Assembly (NCBI RefSeq): GCF_006345805.1
Contig: NC_043010.1
Coordinates: 39,990,001 to 40,054,000 of the forward strand
DNA from: Octopus sinensis
Taxonomy: Eukaryota
Direction of reading: 5' to 3'
DNA length: 64,000 nucleotides
The position numbers and the translations under genes are program-made. Under the pieces are notes generated by a model that was not told where the DNA came from, made no database searches, and was given only the letters and a program-made list of their open reading frames with translations. Below are positions 13,309 to 24,959 of this stretch, piece by piece (the first letter of the stretch is position 1; every line of letters starts with the position of its first letter).

Positions 13309-13339
<31 letters not shown>

Positions 13340-13341
<2 letters not shown>

Positions 13342-13568
13342 GTATGTGCATATGTTTGTGTGTCTGTGTTTGTCCCCCAGCATCGCTTGACAACAGATGC
13401 TGGTGTGTTTATGTCCCCGTAACTTAGCGGTTCGGCAAAAGGGACCGATATAATAAGTACTAGACTTACAAAGAAGAAGTCCTGGGTTTGATTTTCTGGA
13501 CTAAATGCGGTGCTCCAGCATGACCACCGACAAATGACTGAAACAATTAAAAGTGTAAAAGTGTAAAG
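13340..13568 (+). mobile_element. SINE family A, 3' half only
   Basis: Runs GTCCCCCAGCATCGCTTGACAAC...GCGGTGCTCCAGCATG...AAAAGTGTAAAAG; no head upstream. Confidence 0.9.
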
Positions 13569-13799
13569 TTCAACCACCTTCTTCGGTTCCTATCTCAGCA
13601 GCACAACAACATTCCATTTCGCAGTAACACCTTGTCTATCTGTAAGTCAAAAATCCCAGAGGAGTTTTGCCTTCCCTTTTTCTTCCATTAGCTTTTGCGG
13701 TGTATGATGGTACCAAATACCCATTACCTCATATCCATACTTCCGGCATAATAGCCAGTTAAAGTTTTGGGCTACCTTGTCGTGTCACTAAGGTTAAGC

Positions 13800-13967
13800 C
13801 ACTAACTGGTTAAGATCAAGCAACTGACACAAACGAATCTGTGGTATTGAGCAGAATATTTGCTGCATCTTACTTTTTACACCAAGACAAAACAATGTAC
13901 TTGATAACACTTCCAATCAACTTTGATCAAAAGCCACGAAAGTCAATGCTTGTTACTGCATCACGGC

Positions 13968-14002
<35 letters not shown>

Positions 14003-14199
14003 TATTATTATTGAGTGAGAGAGCAGTTCATGCCATCAAAGTGTCACTGGGGTAAAATATACGAAGCCCAATATACCCATCATGACTACCCGTCTGATAA
14101 GGGTACAACAGCACATGCATCACAACCATATGTGTGCGACATGGTGATCTCATATCAAGATAAACAGTACATGACCTTGCAGGTGGGGCCCAGTAGAAT

Positions 14200-14200
<1 letters not shown>
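13800..14200 (-). mobile_element. Family D: 5' part and 3' part joined head-to-tail across (AAT)n
   Basis: 13800-13970 matches the 17.5-kb and 18.1-kb arms; 14010-14200 is the reverse complement of 13125-13308; (ATT)n lies between them. Confidence 0.85.
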
Positions 14201-14257
<57 letters not shown>

Positions 14258-14259
<2 letters not shown>

Positions 14260-14420
14260 AAGGCGGGCTTCTTTCAGTTTCCGTCTACCAAATCCACTGA
14301 CAAGGGTTTGGTCGGCCCGAGGTTATAATAGAAGATACTTGACCAAGGGTCCACTCAGTGGAACTGAACCCAGAACCATGTGGTTGGCAAGCAAGCTACT
14401 AACCACACAACCACTCCTGC
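14258..14420 (-). mobile_element. SINE family A, 5' half only
   Basis: Runs CGGGCTTCTTTCAGTTTCCGTCTACC...CAAGCTACTAACCACAC; no tail adjacent. Confidence 0.9.
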
Positions 14421-14426
14421 ACCTAT

Positions 14427-14700
14427 CTACACGTAGAGCTGAAGATTTTGCCCAATTCTTAGCTGAGATGTTGGTGCTTCCCATCGATACTTCGGTGAGT
14501 GAGGCTCAGACTTTTGGCATACCAAGGAGTTCAGCCAACGGCAATCTTACCTTTCGCGATACATTATAGAAAAACTGGGTATATAATTTGGCAGGAATGG
14601 GGATTTGTTCAATTTAGATCAATCGAAAGCGCTTGATAGGAGCACCCGTCAATACTTGGCGGCTCTCTTGAAAGCGTCTGATATCGTTTGTATTTTCAGA
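14427..14700 (+). pseudogene. L1/Tx1-clade reverse transcriptase fragment
   Basis: Frameshifted reads ELKIL..LAEML, EAQTFGIP..S..GNL and NLDQSKALDR..RQYLAALLKA match the RT signature Q...PGRSI.DN and LDQxKAFDRV. Confidence 0.8.
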
Positions 14701-14789
14701 GAAAAGTCATTATAATGTACAGCAGCATTTTCCTCGTCAATGCATTTAGTGTGGATTCCAGCATGGCGATGTAAAAAGGGTTAGTGGCA

Positions 14790-14807
14790 GCTTATTATTA
14801 TTATCAT

Positions 14808-14846
<39 letters not shown>

Positions 14847-15300
14847 GAGGAGGGGAGGAGGAGGAGGAGGAGGAGGAGGAGAAGGAGGAAGAGGAGAAAG
14901 AAAGAAGGGGGAGGAGGGGAGGAGGAAAATGAGAGGAAGGCGAAGGGGAGGTGGAGATAAGGCGGGAAGGGGAGGGAAGGAGAGGAGAGGAGAGGAGAGG
15001 AGAGGAGAAGAATAGGGTAGAAGAGGAGGAAAGAGAAGAGGGGAGATGGAGAAGAAGAAGAAGAAGAAAAAAGAAGATGGTTGGCAGGAGGAGCAATAGG
15101 AAGAGGTGGAAGCTGAGGCGGTAGCAACAGCAGTAGTAGCAGCAGCAACAACAACACTTGAAACGATGCAAAATTCTTCAATCAATGTAGTAGTAATAGT
15201 AGTAGTAGTAGTATCAGCAGCAGTAGCATCAACAGCACCAACAACACGCTGGAGCGGGAACAACAGCAACAACTACAACAGCAGCGACACGTTCAGCATC
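14790..15300. repeat. Compound microsatellite (TAG)n/(GAG)n/(GGAGA)n/(AAG)n/(CAG,CAA)n
   Basis: Direct read; accounts for the low-complexity ORFs at 14746-15405. Confidence 0.95.
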
Positions 15301-16189
15301 AACGGAAGTGATACCAACTGTTTAAACCGAAGGAACAGAAATAGCTCCTGTTTATTCCGTCTAGCTAACTCGTCAGGTTGCTGCCAGCAAAGAGAATTTG
15401 GATGAAATATATTGAAATGAAATGAAATGAAAAGGCCAACACGATATTTAATGCATATCAACGTTTTCATCCAGTCATGCTTTTAACACATTTCTGTAAC
15501 ATAGACTCTCTATCGAATTTCCGCCTTACGCTTGTCCACAGCCTGTCCGCAGTACATCCACTACGCAGGAAAATATAAAGAGCGGGATACTCATAAATAT
15601 ATTGGCGAAACAGTCACTGTATTCAGTTATGTGTTACTGCTTTGTAACTATTTCATTCGCATTTATATTCCGATTGAATACACATACCAATAACGGTAAA
15701 ATCGTTAACATGCAATAAGCTCTGCCGGTTCTTTAATCTGGCTTGCGTCGCATATTGAACACTACTTGAGCCAGCTTAATTGTTTCCATTTCTGTCGTTT
15801 TAATTCGAAAGCGTTAGACGAAAATAACCAAAAACCAATCGGCTAATCTGAATGAATATGTTTCATTGAAATTCTTTTACTAGAAAACCCATTTATTAGA
15901 ACAGGATGTTAAATTCCAGTGAATGAATTGCGATGATGTGTTATATGAAATGTGATGGAATTTCCTTCCATGGATTCCAGATTCTAACAAAACCGAAACA
16001 ATTGAGGCTTTGTAATGGCCTCAATGATTAGTAAACTACATAGATTTTCAATCAGTCACTCCTTCCTGCATCCATTCATTTACACTCAGACACATACAGG
16101 CGTGCACACTCATTTATGTATGTATACACGTTGAGGGTCTGTGCTTGTGTGCACGTGGATGCATGTGTGTGTATGTGCATGTACATAAT

Positions 16190-16283
16190 AAAGAGCTTTG
16201 TGTATAATATATATTAAAGTTATATAAATATTTATTTATATATATGTGTGTATATGTATATATATATATACATATATATATAC

Positions 16284-16331
<48 letters not shown>

Positions 16332-16413
16332 TTAGATATTGATAGGTATTCACCTGTGAGTGTATGTATATGTACATGTATATATGTGCATACATCTGCA
16401 TGTATATATATGC

Positions 16414-16478
<65 letters not shown>

Positions 16479-16710
16479 GTGTGTGTGCGTGTTTCTATGT
16501 ACATACATACATGTATATAAATATGGGTGTGTATATATATGTACATGTATATACGTACATATATGTGCGTGTATATTTATATGTTCATATATGTGTGTTT
16601 ATGTTTGTGTGTGCATGTATGAGGTGTAAGAATGTATATATTTCTCTATTATATGCACGTTTTTATGAGGGTGTAGTTGGGTGTTTTGATGTTTGAGTTT
16701 GTGTATGTGT

Positions 16711-16764
<54 letters not shown>

Positions 16765-16770
16765 TTGTAT
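16190..16770. repeat. Compound (TA)n/(TG)n microsatellite
   Basis: Direct read. Confidence 0.97.
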
Positions 16771-17413
16771 GAGAATATTGCATCAACTACCGAATGTCAT
16801 TATTCCCTTAAAAGGCATTACAAAAACCTGAAAACTGCAAATAAGTTCCGATGGCATTGTCTATTTTAATGTAATATGGTAGAACAAGGCTTGTGTACAG
16901 AAAATATTGAAAAATGAACCGAACAAGGAAAAAAACACCGCCACAACAGAAACACGTAATATTATTGAAATGACGGAAACCGTTTTACGCCTCAACGACA
17001 AAATCAGCCATTTTAGTAATCAACGTTGAATAATATGAAACATTTCTCTGCCTTTTCCCTCCTTAATTGATCCATTAGTCATTTATTTATGTTGCTGGGG
17101 TTTTACTGGCATTTCTGTGTAATGAGATAAGCTTTCATTTTCATTACTATATTAGGCAACGCTGCAAATATTACATCCTATCAGCGTTAATCTCCAGTAA
17201 ATTATAAATCGTTTTTGCTGTTGTCATTGTTATGATACTCATAAGAGACACCAGCAGAGACATGGTTGGTGTCATTTAAACTCTGACTCATGAGTTCAAA
17301 CGAGATTCTCGGTTGATTTTGTTTTTAACCCTCCAAGGACAACAAATCCAGTCCTGTGCTCTAGGTTATATTCTCAAAATTTCTCACAAAACCACGATCT
17401 TCTGCAGGTTTGC

Positions 17414-17459
<46 letters not shown>

Positions 17460-17469
17460 GTACTAGACA

Positions 17470-18250
17470 GTAGTTCTCATGGCTTCTGAATTTAACTGAT
17501 TGGAAGTGTTATCATGTACAATGTTTTTCCTGGTATAAAACATGGGCTACAGCAAATATTCTGCTCAATACCACAGATGTGCTTGTCAGTTGTTTGACCT
17601 TAACCAGTTGAATATGTCCCTTAGTGGCTGACATTATGTGCATGTTTGATCACGAGCAGAAGTAGTAGGGGAGTACCATAGCCGTATGTTGAGAAGAGTT
17701 CTCTGAAGTTTGAATAAGTCATCTCTGAAAACATGATTGTTTCGTTTATCATCCTTAAAGAACCTAATTCAGGGTCCTTTGGAATGGGATGGACAACTCA
17801 ACCCGAAGAAAATTTTACAGGGGCTTCATTTGCAAGGTAATGCTCTGTTTATCTTGACCTTGCAGATGGGGCCCAGTTAGAATTTTCTTCTACTCGAGTA
17901 ACCCATCCCGATCAAAAGGTCCCTGAATAAAGGTTGTTTAAGGATGTTGAACATAACACTCATGTTTCCAGAGGTGAATTATTTAAACCCCCAAAAATTG
18001 CTCTCAACACATGGCTATGATGCTCCCCCACTATTTCTGCTCGTGATCAGAGATACACATATCGTCAGCCACTAAGCGACATGCTCAACAAGTTAAGGTC
18101 AAACAACTGACAAGCAAATCTGTGGTATTGAGCAGAATATTTGCTGTAGCCCATCTTTTATACCATGACAAAACAATGTATACGATAACACCTCCAATCA
18201 GCTAAGATCAGGAACCACGAGTGCCACTGCCTGGTACTGCATCAAGGCAT
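17470..18250. mobile_element. Family D fold-back: two ~380-bp inverted arms flanked by (AAT)n and (ATT)n
   Basis: Left arm 17470-17858 is the diverged reverse complement of 17858-18250, e.g. GCTACAGCAAATATTCTGCTCAATACCACAGAT versus ATCTGTGGTATTGAGCAGAATATTTGCTGTAGC. Confidence 0.88.
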
Positions 18251-18283
<33 letters not shown>

Positions 18284-18285
18284 TA

Positions 18286-18321
<36 letters not shown>

Positions 18322-18340
18322 CATCATCACCACTATATTA

Positions 18341-18535
18341 AGGCGGCCAGCTGGCAGAATGGTTAGCATGCCGAGCAAAATGCATTCGTCTGTCGCTACG
18401 TTCTAAATTCAAATCCCACCAGGTCGGCTTTACTTTTCATCCTTTTGAGGTGTCGATTAAATAAATACGCGTACAGCGCTAGGATCGAGTATACCCCACC
18501 CTAAATTTCACGTCTTGTGCCTATAGTAGAAAGGA
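18341..18535 (+). mobile_element. SINE family B, decayed, short-tail variant
   Basis: GGCGGCCAGCTGGCAGAATGGTTAGC head and TCTTGTGCCTATAGTAGAAAG tail. Confidence 0.75.
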
Positions 18536-18539
18536 GTTT

Positions 18540-18705
18540 TATTATTATCATTATCATTATCATCATTATTATTATCATTATCATTATTATTATTGTTATT
18601 ATTATATTATCATTATCATTATTATTTTATTATTGTTATTATTATCATTATTATTATCATTATCATTATTATTATTATCATTATTAATATTATTATTATT
18701 ATTGT
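18540..18705. repeat. (ATT/ATC)n microsatellite
   Basis: Direct read. Confidence 0.95.
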
Positions 18706-19215
18706 ATAAAATGACATGATGTAAGTGAGCGTTTTGATAATGAAAGGAAAACAATTCGCACAGTCATCTATTTGATAAAAATTAAAGAAATTAAATAGCA
18801 CGCTATATAAGTAGAACCTTCTTTCAAATACTCACTTCAAACGTTATGATTTAATAGATAATAAGTAATGCTGACGAATTTCTCTTTCACAATTGTAAAA
18901 GCACGGCGGGTTGTCGCAGATTGAGATGTCGACAGATACAGGAATAAGATTGACGTAACTTACATACATGTCAAACACATTAGGTAGCTTCGTGAATGAT
19001 TGACTCGCTAATAATGACAACTGTCTGAGATAGACATCGTCTTTAAGGTAGGAGACATATCCAGTACAATATCGATATGTCAATACATGTGTGCGTGTGT
19101 GTGTACATGTGTGTGCGCGTTTGGGTGTATGATTGTGTATCAACATCTGTTTGTCTATTTATCTGTTTATCTATCTATGCGTCTACCTATATTTATATCT
19201 GCTTATTTATTTATT

Positions 19216-19254
<39 letters not shown>

Positions 19255-19260
<6 letters not shown>

Positions 19261-19437
19261 TTCTTTCTTTTTTCTTTTATTTGTTTCAGTCATTTGGATG
19301 CGGCCATGCTGGAGCACCGCCTTTAGTCGAGCAAATCGACCCCGGGACTTATTCTTTTGTAAACCCAGTACTTATTCTATCGGTCTCTTTTTGCCGAACC
19401 GCTAAGTGACGGGGGATGTAAACACACCAGCACACAA

Positions 19438-19470
<33 letters not shown>

Positions 19471-19632
19471 CATATATACGACAGGCTTCTTTCAGTTTCC
19501 GTCTACCAAATCCACTCACAAGGCTTTGGTCGGCCCGGGGCTATAGCAGAAGACACCTGCCCAAGGTGCCACGCAGTGGGACTGAACCCGGAACCATGTG
19601 GTTGGTTAGCAAGCTACTTACCACACAGCCAT
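19255..19632 (-). mobile_element. SINE family A, young full-length copy
   Basis: Complete from the head (..CTTACCACACAGCCAT) to the tail (TTTCAGTCATTTG..GCGGCCATGCTGGAGCACCGCC). Confidence 0.95.
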
Positions 19633-19847
19633 AAACATATATGTACGTACCTACCTCTACATGTACATATACACGCATATATGAGTACAGGACACCAAAA
19701 AGACGTCGAACACAATGAGAAACGAAAACATAGACACAAACCCAAGGAACTGGACATTTTTTTAAACAACAAAAAAATAGAGTACAGGACAATTAACAGA
19801 AAGAAAAAAACCCTTCTTCAATCGCTATGGTTTCATCTACTCTACGT

Positions 19848-19891
<44 letters not shown>

Positions 19892-19924
19892 TATCTATCT
19901 ATCTATATGAGTGTGTGTGTATGC

Positions 19925-20285
19925 ATGTAGGCATGGCTGTAGAATAAGAAGCTTAATTCCGAATCACATGGTTCAAGGTTCAATTCCACTTGGGCAAGTG
20001 TATCTACTGTAGCTTCGGGCCGACCAAATCCTTGTGAGTGGAAACCGAATGAAGCCTGTCGTATATATGTATATAGGTATCCATGTGCGTGTCTAAGTAT
20101 CCGCAGTTTCAAAACCGGTGTTGGTGTGTTTACGTCCTCGCCGTCTATCTATTCGGCAATAGAAACCGATAGAATAAGTATTTGGCTTTAATAAACGTCC
20201 CTAGATCCATTTGTTCGACGAAAACTCTTCAAGGCGGTGCCTCGGCATGGCCGCAGTCAAATGACTGAAACAGCAAAAGATAAAA
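19925..20285 (+). mobile_element. SINE family A, decayed
   Basis: Runs GCATGGCTGTAGAATAAGAAGC...GGCGGTGCCTCGGCATGGCCGCAGTCAAATGACTGAAAC. Confidence 0.85.
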
Positions 20286-21739
20286 TATATATATATATAA
20301 TTTTCTTTATACCAAATTTTGATGCTAAATTGTGTGCATTGTTTGATGAACATAGATTATTAAAAGAATGTCACACTATTTATAACTCTTAGACATTCTT
20401 CTATCAATTATATGAAATGTGTCATCTATTTTACATATGATAAACGTGATGAAGCAATGGAAATTTGCAATAACATCAGATACTGAGACATTTCTAATTA
20501 TAACAGGTAATAGCAATGCAATTAATATTTAAGATTTGTTAATTGTCTTTCTTTATATTCTCCTGTTCATGATTAATTTCTTGTAATTAAACATTAGTGT
20601 TACCGGCACCCGTTTCTTGCTCCACGTTCTTTTATTGATTCAATATATTTCTCTACACCTATTCAAAATGTAAATAATGTTGACGTCACTTCAACCTGAA
20701 ACAGTGCTTCTCTTTCTATTTAACATGTCTACTTACAATGAAGTACCATAATTAGTATTTGTGAACATGCACCTCATAAATCACGATGTTGTTTCTTGTT
20801 ATGATTTTAATGATGATTAATGTGGCGAGCTGGTAAGATCGTTAATATACTTTTGCGGCATGTTGCTCCGCTAAGGCTGTCTACTTTGTCATTCAGTCGA
20901 CAGCGGTCGATATAATAAAAGCCCTGTGAAGTAAGTGAGTCGAGATAATTGTCAAACACTTCCCTTTAAAATTCTTGACTTTGTGTCTAAATGAGAAGCA
21001 TTGTTTTGTCGCTAATTAAGGTGACACTCTCTCAGCATCATTAGCTTGTCGGGAAAATGAATTGTAGCTTTTCTCGCCTTTCTTCATATTCTGAGTTCAT
21101 ATTTTATCGGGATCAATTTCATGTTTATCCCTTTCGTAAGTACTTGTGTCTAGATAATCGACAAATACAGTCATCGGTCAAGGAAGGACATTTTATCAAA
21201 GTTAGAGAGAAATAAATGTGGCAAGCTGGCGGAATCGTTTGTGCGTTGAATGAATTAAAATGTGGTTATTGCTATGAATTCAAATGCCCTTCATTCTCTC
21301 GGTCTCAATAAAATAAATATCAGGCAAATGGTGGAGCGATTTCACCGTCTCAAAACATTGGGCCTGTGTTAGAAGCAATGGTTGTATTGCTTGTCGTTGC
21401 TTATTCAAAGAGAAGTTCTGCCCGAGACCTATGCCTGATCTGTGAAGCGATAATGTGAGTGTGAACACAACCTGAAACGGTCCGAATGAAGAAGGATGTA
21501 GTGGTCGAATTAGTTAACGTGGATTGCGGTGTGGGGTCAGAGGAAGAGAAGGTGAGAGTAGGAAATATGAAGGTTTCCAGTGAGGGTGGTTGTTGGTGAC
21601 TTGCTGGTTCAGAGGAAATCTGTTCGACAATTTTACACCAATATGTGTGCGTGTATCTGTTTACGTGCATTTGTGTGTGCATCTACATCATTTGAACAAA
21701 GACATACATACATACACGAACACACACGCACACACTCAC

Positions 21740-22105
21740 ATACATATATATATATATATGCATATATATATATGCATATATATATATTATATATATTATA
21801 TATATATGCATAAGAATATATATATATATATTGCATATATATATTGCATATATATATATATCATATATATATAGCATATATATATATATCATATATAATA
21901 TATCAATATATCATATGCAATATATATATAATATATATATCATATATATATCATATATATATATATATATATCATATATATATCATATATATATCATATA
22001 TATATATATATCATATATATATATGTCATATATATATATATATCATATATATATATATCATATATATATATATATCATATATAATATATATATATATATA
22101 TCATA
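21740..22105. repeat. (TA)n-based compound microsatellite with TATC variants
   Basis: Direct read. Confidence 0.97.
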
Positions 22106-22915
22106 TAAAATATTATTCGAGACAAAAACCACTATTTTGCAAAAACAAACAAGGAAAGACTTAATCAATACATAAATTTTAATAAATAGTAAAAAAAACC
22201 GCCACTACAATCGTTTCTTGTCTTGATCGACAATCTTCAGGTGGACTTCCAATCTAAAAAATCAAATTTAAAAAATAAAATAATAATTTTAAAATAATTA
22301 AAGTATGAATGAAAAAATATAAGTATATAATCCATATATAACCTATCTATAATCCATATATAATCAATATATAAACAATATATAAACTAAAAAAAACCTA
22401 TCAACAATTAAATATAAAATATAAATATAAATATAAATATAAATATAAAACAAAACAAAAAAAATAATAATATATAATATTAAACTATATATACACCATA
22501 CGCATATACCTAATTATATAAACCATATCTAAATACTACACTAAATCACACACCTATATATATATCCCTATACATACCATAAAATGTTTAGGCAACTATA
22601 AATAAATAAAATAGCTAAATACTCAACACAATACTTATTCATACTCCCACACACACACACATACAACCCACATTCACGCTCTAGAAAATGGACATCACTC
22701 AAAACTATGAACGGAGAAATAGAATAAATGGAATTAAAAATTATATTCACTTGGTAAACGAACACTACTAAAAATTATGAATGAACAATGCAATAAAACA
22801 ACAGACATCGCAAATAGACACAAATTACTACAAATTCCTTATCAAACCTACCATGATAACCAAAACTCATAAAACATATAATGATAAATCTCCCTTTACT
22901 AAACTCTATAACAAA
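22105..22915. mobile_element. Penelope-like relic (strongly A/C-biased) carrying a hammerhead motif
   Basis: Extreme strand asymmetry, weak LENGH...MNEQ remnants like a GIY-YIG C-terminus at ~22680-22790, hammerhead at 22202-22244, (TA)n on both flanks. Confidence 0.5.
22202..22244 (-). ncRNA. Type I hammerhead ribozyme motif
   Basis: Minus strand reads CCAC-CTGAAGA-TTGTC-GATCAA-GACAA-GAAAC-GATT-GTA^GTGG. All core nucleotides are present; stem I 4 bp, stem II 5 bp, stem III 2 bp with a 4-nt loop. Confidence 0.75.
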
Positions 22916-23051
22916 CCTATATATATATATATATCATATATATATATCATATATATATATCATATATATATAATATCATATATATATATATGATATATAT
23001 ATATCATATATATATATATATATCATATGTTATATATTATATATATATGAT

Positions 23052-23082
<31 letters not shown>

Positions 23083-23220
23083 CATATATTATATATATAT
23101 ATACATATATATATACATATAAATATTGCCACACGCTAAGAGGGACAAAAAGTCATTTCTACCAAAAATTTTACTAATCCCCCGAATGCAATCTTTCAAA
23201 GCAAGATATTTAAAAAATAT

Positions 23221-23267
23221 AGACTTGTATCACCTGTGATTCATACTTAGTACTCCTCAGCAAGCCT
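23221..23267 (-). ncRNA. Hammerhead motif of unit 1 (GAA instead of GAAA; 1-nt loop II deletion)
   Basis: Minus strand reads AGGCTTG-CTGAGGA-GTAC-TAA-GTAT-GAA-TCAC-AG-GTGA-TA^CAAGTCT. Confidence 0.6.
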
Positions 23268-23675
23268 GAACGTATCATAAATAAACGACCCTGTCTCGTC
23301 GAAGCCAAGCAGCTAACTGTTCAACGTCAACGAAGCACATGGGGGAGTTTACATATATTACATCCGGTAAATGGCAGGCTTCTTCGAATTGCATTTCGGG
23401 TAGGAAAAGTTTTTTCGGAATAAAATTATTTAGCAATTAAGGACAACTTCTTAATAAGGAATCTTAATAAGAAATTATCAGGTAGATAGCGTGAAAAACC
23501 TCATAAGAGAAAAATTTCGAAAATAATTCTTTCTTATTGAACATATTAATTTATATATAGAGGGCATTATTATACATAGATGCCACACGCTAAGAGGGAC
23601 AAAAAGTCATTTCTACCAAAAATTTTACTAATCCCACCGAATGCAATCTTTCAAAGCAAGATATTTAAAAAATAT

Positions 23676-23724
23676 AGACTTGTATCACCTGTGATTTCAT
23701 ACTTACGTACTCCTCAGCAAGCCT
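23676..23724 (-). ncRNA. Complete type I hammerhead ribozyme of unit 2
   Basis: Minus strand reads AGGCTTG-CTGAGGA-GTAC-GTAA-GTAT-GAAA-TCAC-AG-GTGA-TA^CAAGTCT. Stem I 7 bp, stem II 4 bp with a GNRA loop, stem III 4-5 bp, AUA cleavage triplet; predicted cut between 23683 and 23682. Confidence 0.88.
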
Positions 23725-24090
23725 GAACGTATCATAAATAAACGACCCTGTCTCGTCAACGCCAAGCAGCTAACTGTTCAACGTCAACGAAGCACATGGA
23801 GGAGTTTACATATATTACATCCGGTAAATGGCGGCTTCTTCGAATTGCATTTCGGCTAGGAAAAGTTTTTTCGGAATAAAATTATTTAGCAATTAAGGAC
23901 AACTTCTTAATAAGGAATCTTAATAAGAAATTATCAGGTAGATAGCGTGAAAAACCTCATAAGAGAAAAATTTCGAAAATAATTCTTTCTTATTGAACAT
24001 ATTAATTTATATATAGAGGGCATTATTATACATAGATGCCACACGCTAAGAGGGACAAAAAGTCATTTCTACCAAAAATTTTACTAATCC

Positions 24091-24150
24091 GCTATCTACC
24101 TGATAATTTCTTATTAAGATTCCTTATTAAGAAGTTGTCTTTAATTGCTA
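24091..24150 (+). repeat. Inverted 60-bp fragment of the same monomer capping the array
   Basis: Reverse complement of TAGCAATTAAGGACAAC...GGTAGATAGC in units 1 and 2; ends TAATTGCTA then (TA)n. Confidence 0.9.
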
Positions 24151-24226
24151 TATATATATATACATATATATATATACATACGTATATGTATATACATATA
24201 AACACATATATATATTTTTTATGGAA

Positions 24227-24227
<1 letters not shown>

Positions 24228-24288
<61 letters not shown>

Positions 24289-24302
24289 GATAGATAGATA
24301 TC
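24228..24302. repeat. (GATA)n microsatellite
   Basis: Direct read. Confidence 0.97.
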
Positions 24303-24578
24303 AATAGTAATGGTAAGGCAGCAAAAGAAAGAAAGAGGCCTCGATATTATGAAAATAGAGGAATTTATCTGTATATAATGTGACAATTATTCGGTTGCCA
24401 TAATAACACACTGAAAAAATGCTATGAAAATCATAGCATTGCTTGATTGCTTCGATAACTGACGGGATGTCGGCACAGATTTCCGCCCCGACATCCGAGA
24501 GTCGGCGTGTTATTATGGCAACCGAATAATTGTCACATATTATATTACACACAGACACACACACACACACACACACAT

Positions 24579-24629
<51 letters not shown>

Positions 24630-24870
24630 TATATATATATATATATATATTGAGAAAATGGAGGCAACAGAATTTTGAATAATTCTTTATTAGCGCATTT
24701 TTTGATTCATCTCACATGTCAAGATTAAATCAAACTCACAATCATTTTCCAAATTGTATTTGTTTTGACGAGTTCGATAAACGAATGAAACAGCAAATAA
24801 AGAAATATCGAAAATTCTGACAACCTCCTTTTTCGCAATATACAATATCTCTACAAACTCTCTCTCTCTG

Positions 24871-24957
<87 letters not shown>

Positions 24958-24959
24958 CC

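Larger units (their letters stand above)
23128..24090 (-). mobile_element. Head-to-tail array of a ~455-bp hammerhead-bearing monomer (2.1 copies), retrozyme-like
   Basis: GCCACACGCTAAGAGGG recurs at 23128, 23582 and 24038 (periods 454 and 456). Units differ at fewer than 10 positions by eye. Embedded in (TA)n. Confidence 0.9.

Noticed and set aside
15106-15405. Q/T/A/N-rich ORF that looks like a transcription-factor low-complexity region
   Set aside because: Continuous with a compound trinucleotide microsatellite; no domain or splice support.
18011-18073. Hammerhead-like CUGACGA...GAAA in family D (minus strand)
   Set aside because: No NUH triplet in register with stem I, and no convincing stems II or III.
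19640-19853. Penelope-like tail with GAAACGTA on the minus strand at the TA junction
   Set aside because: The CUGANGA half is absent, so it cannot be called a ribozyme.
20604-20658. 55-nt minus-strand exon candidate (GVEKYIESIKERGARNGC)
   Set aside because: Weak donor site, no recognisable homology, and no consistent neighbouring exons.
23128-24090. CRISPR array or ordinary satellite interpretation
   Set aside because: No repeat-spacer structure, and the context is eukaryotic. The embedded ribozyme and dispersed diverged copy argue against a plain satellite.
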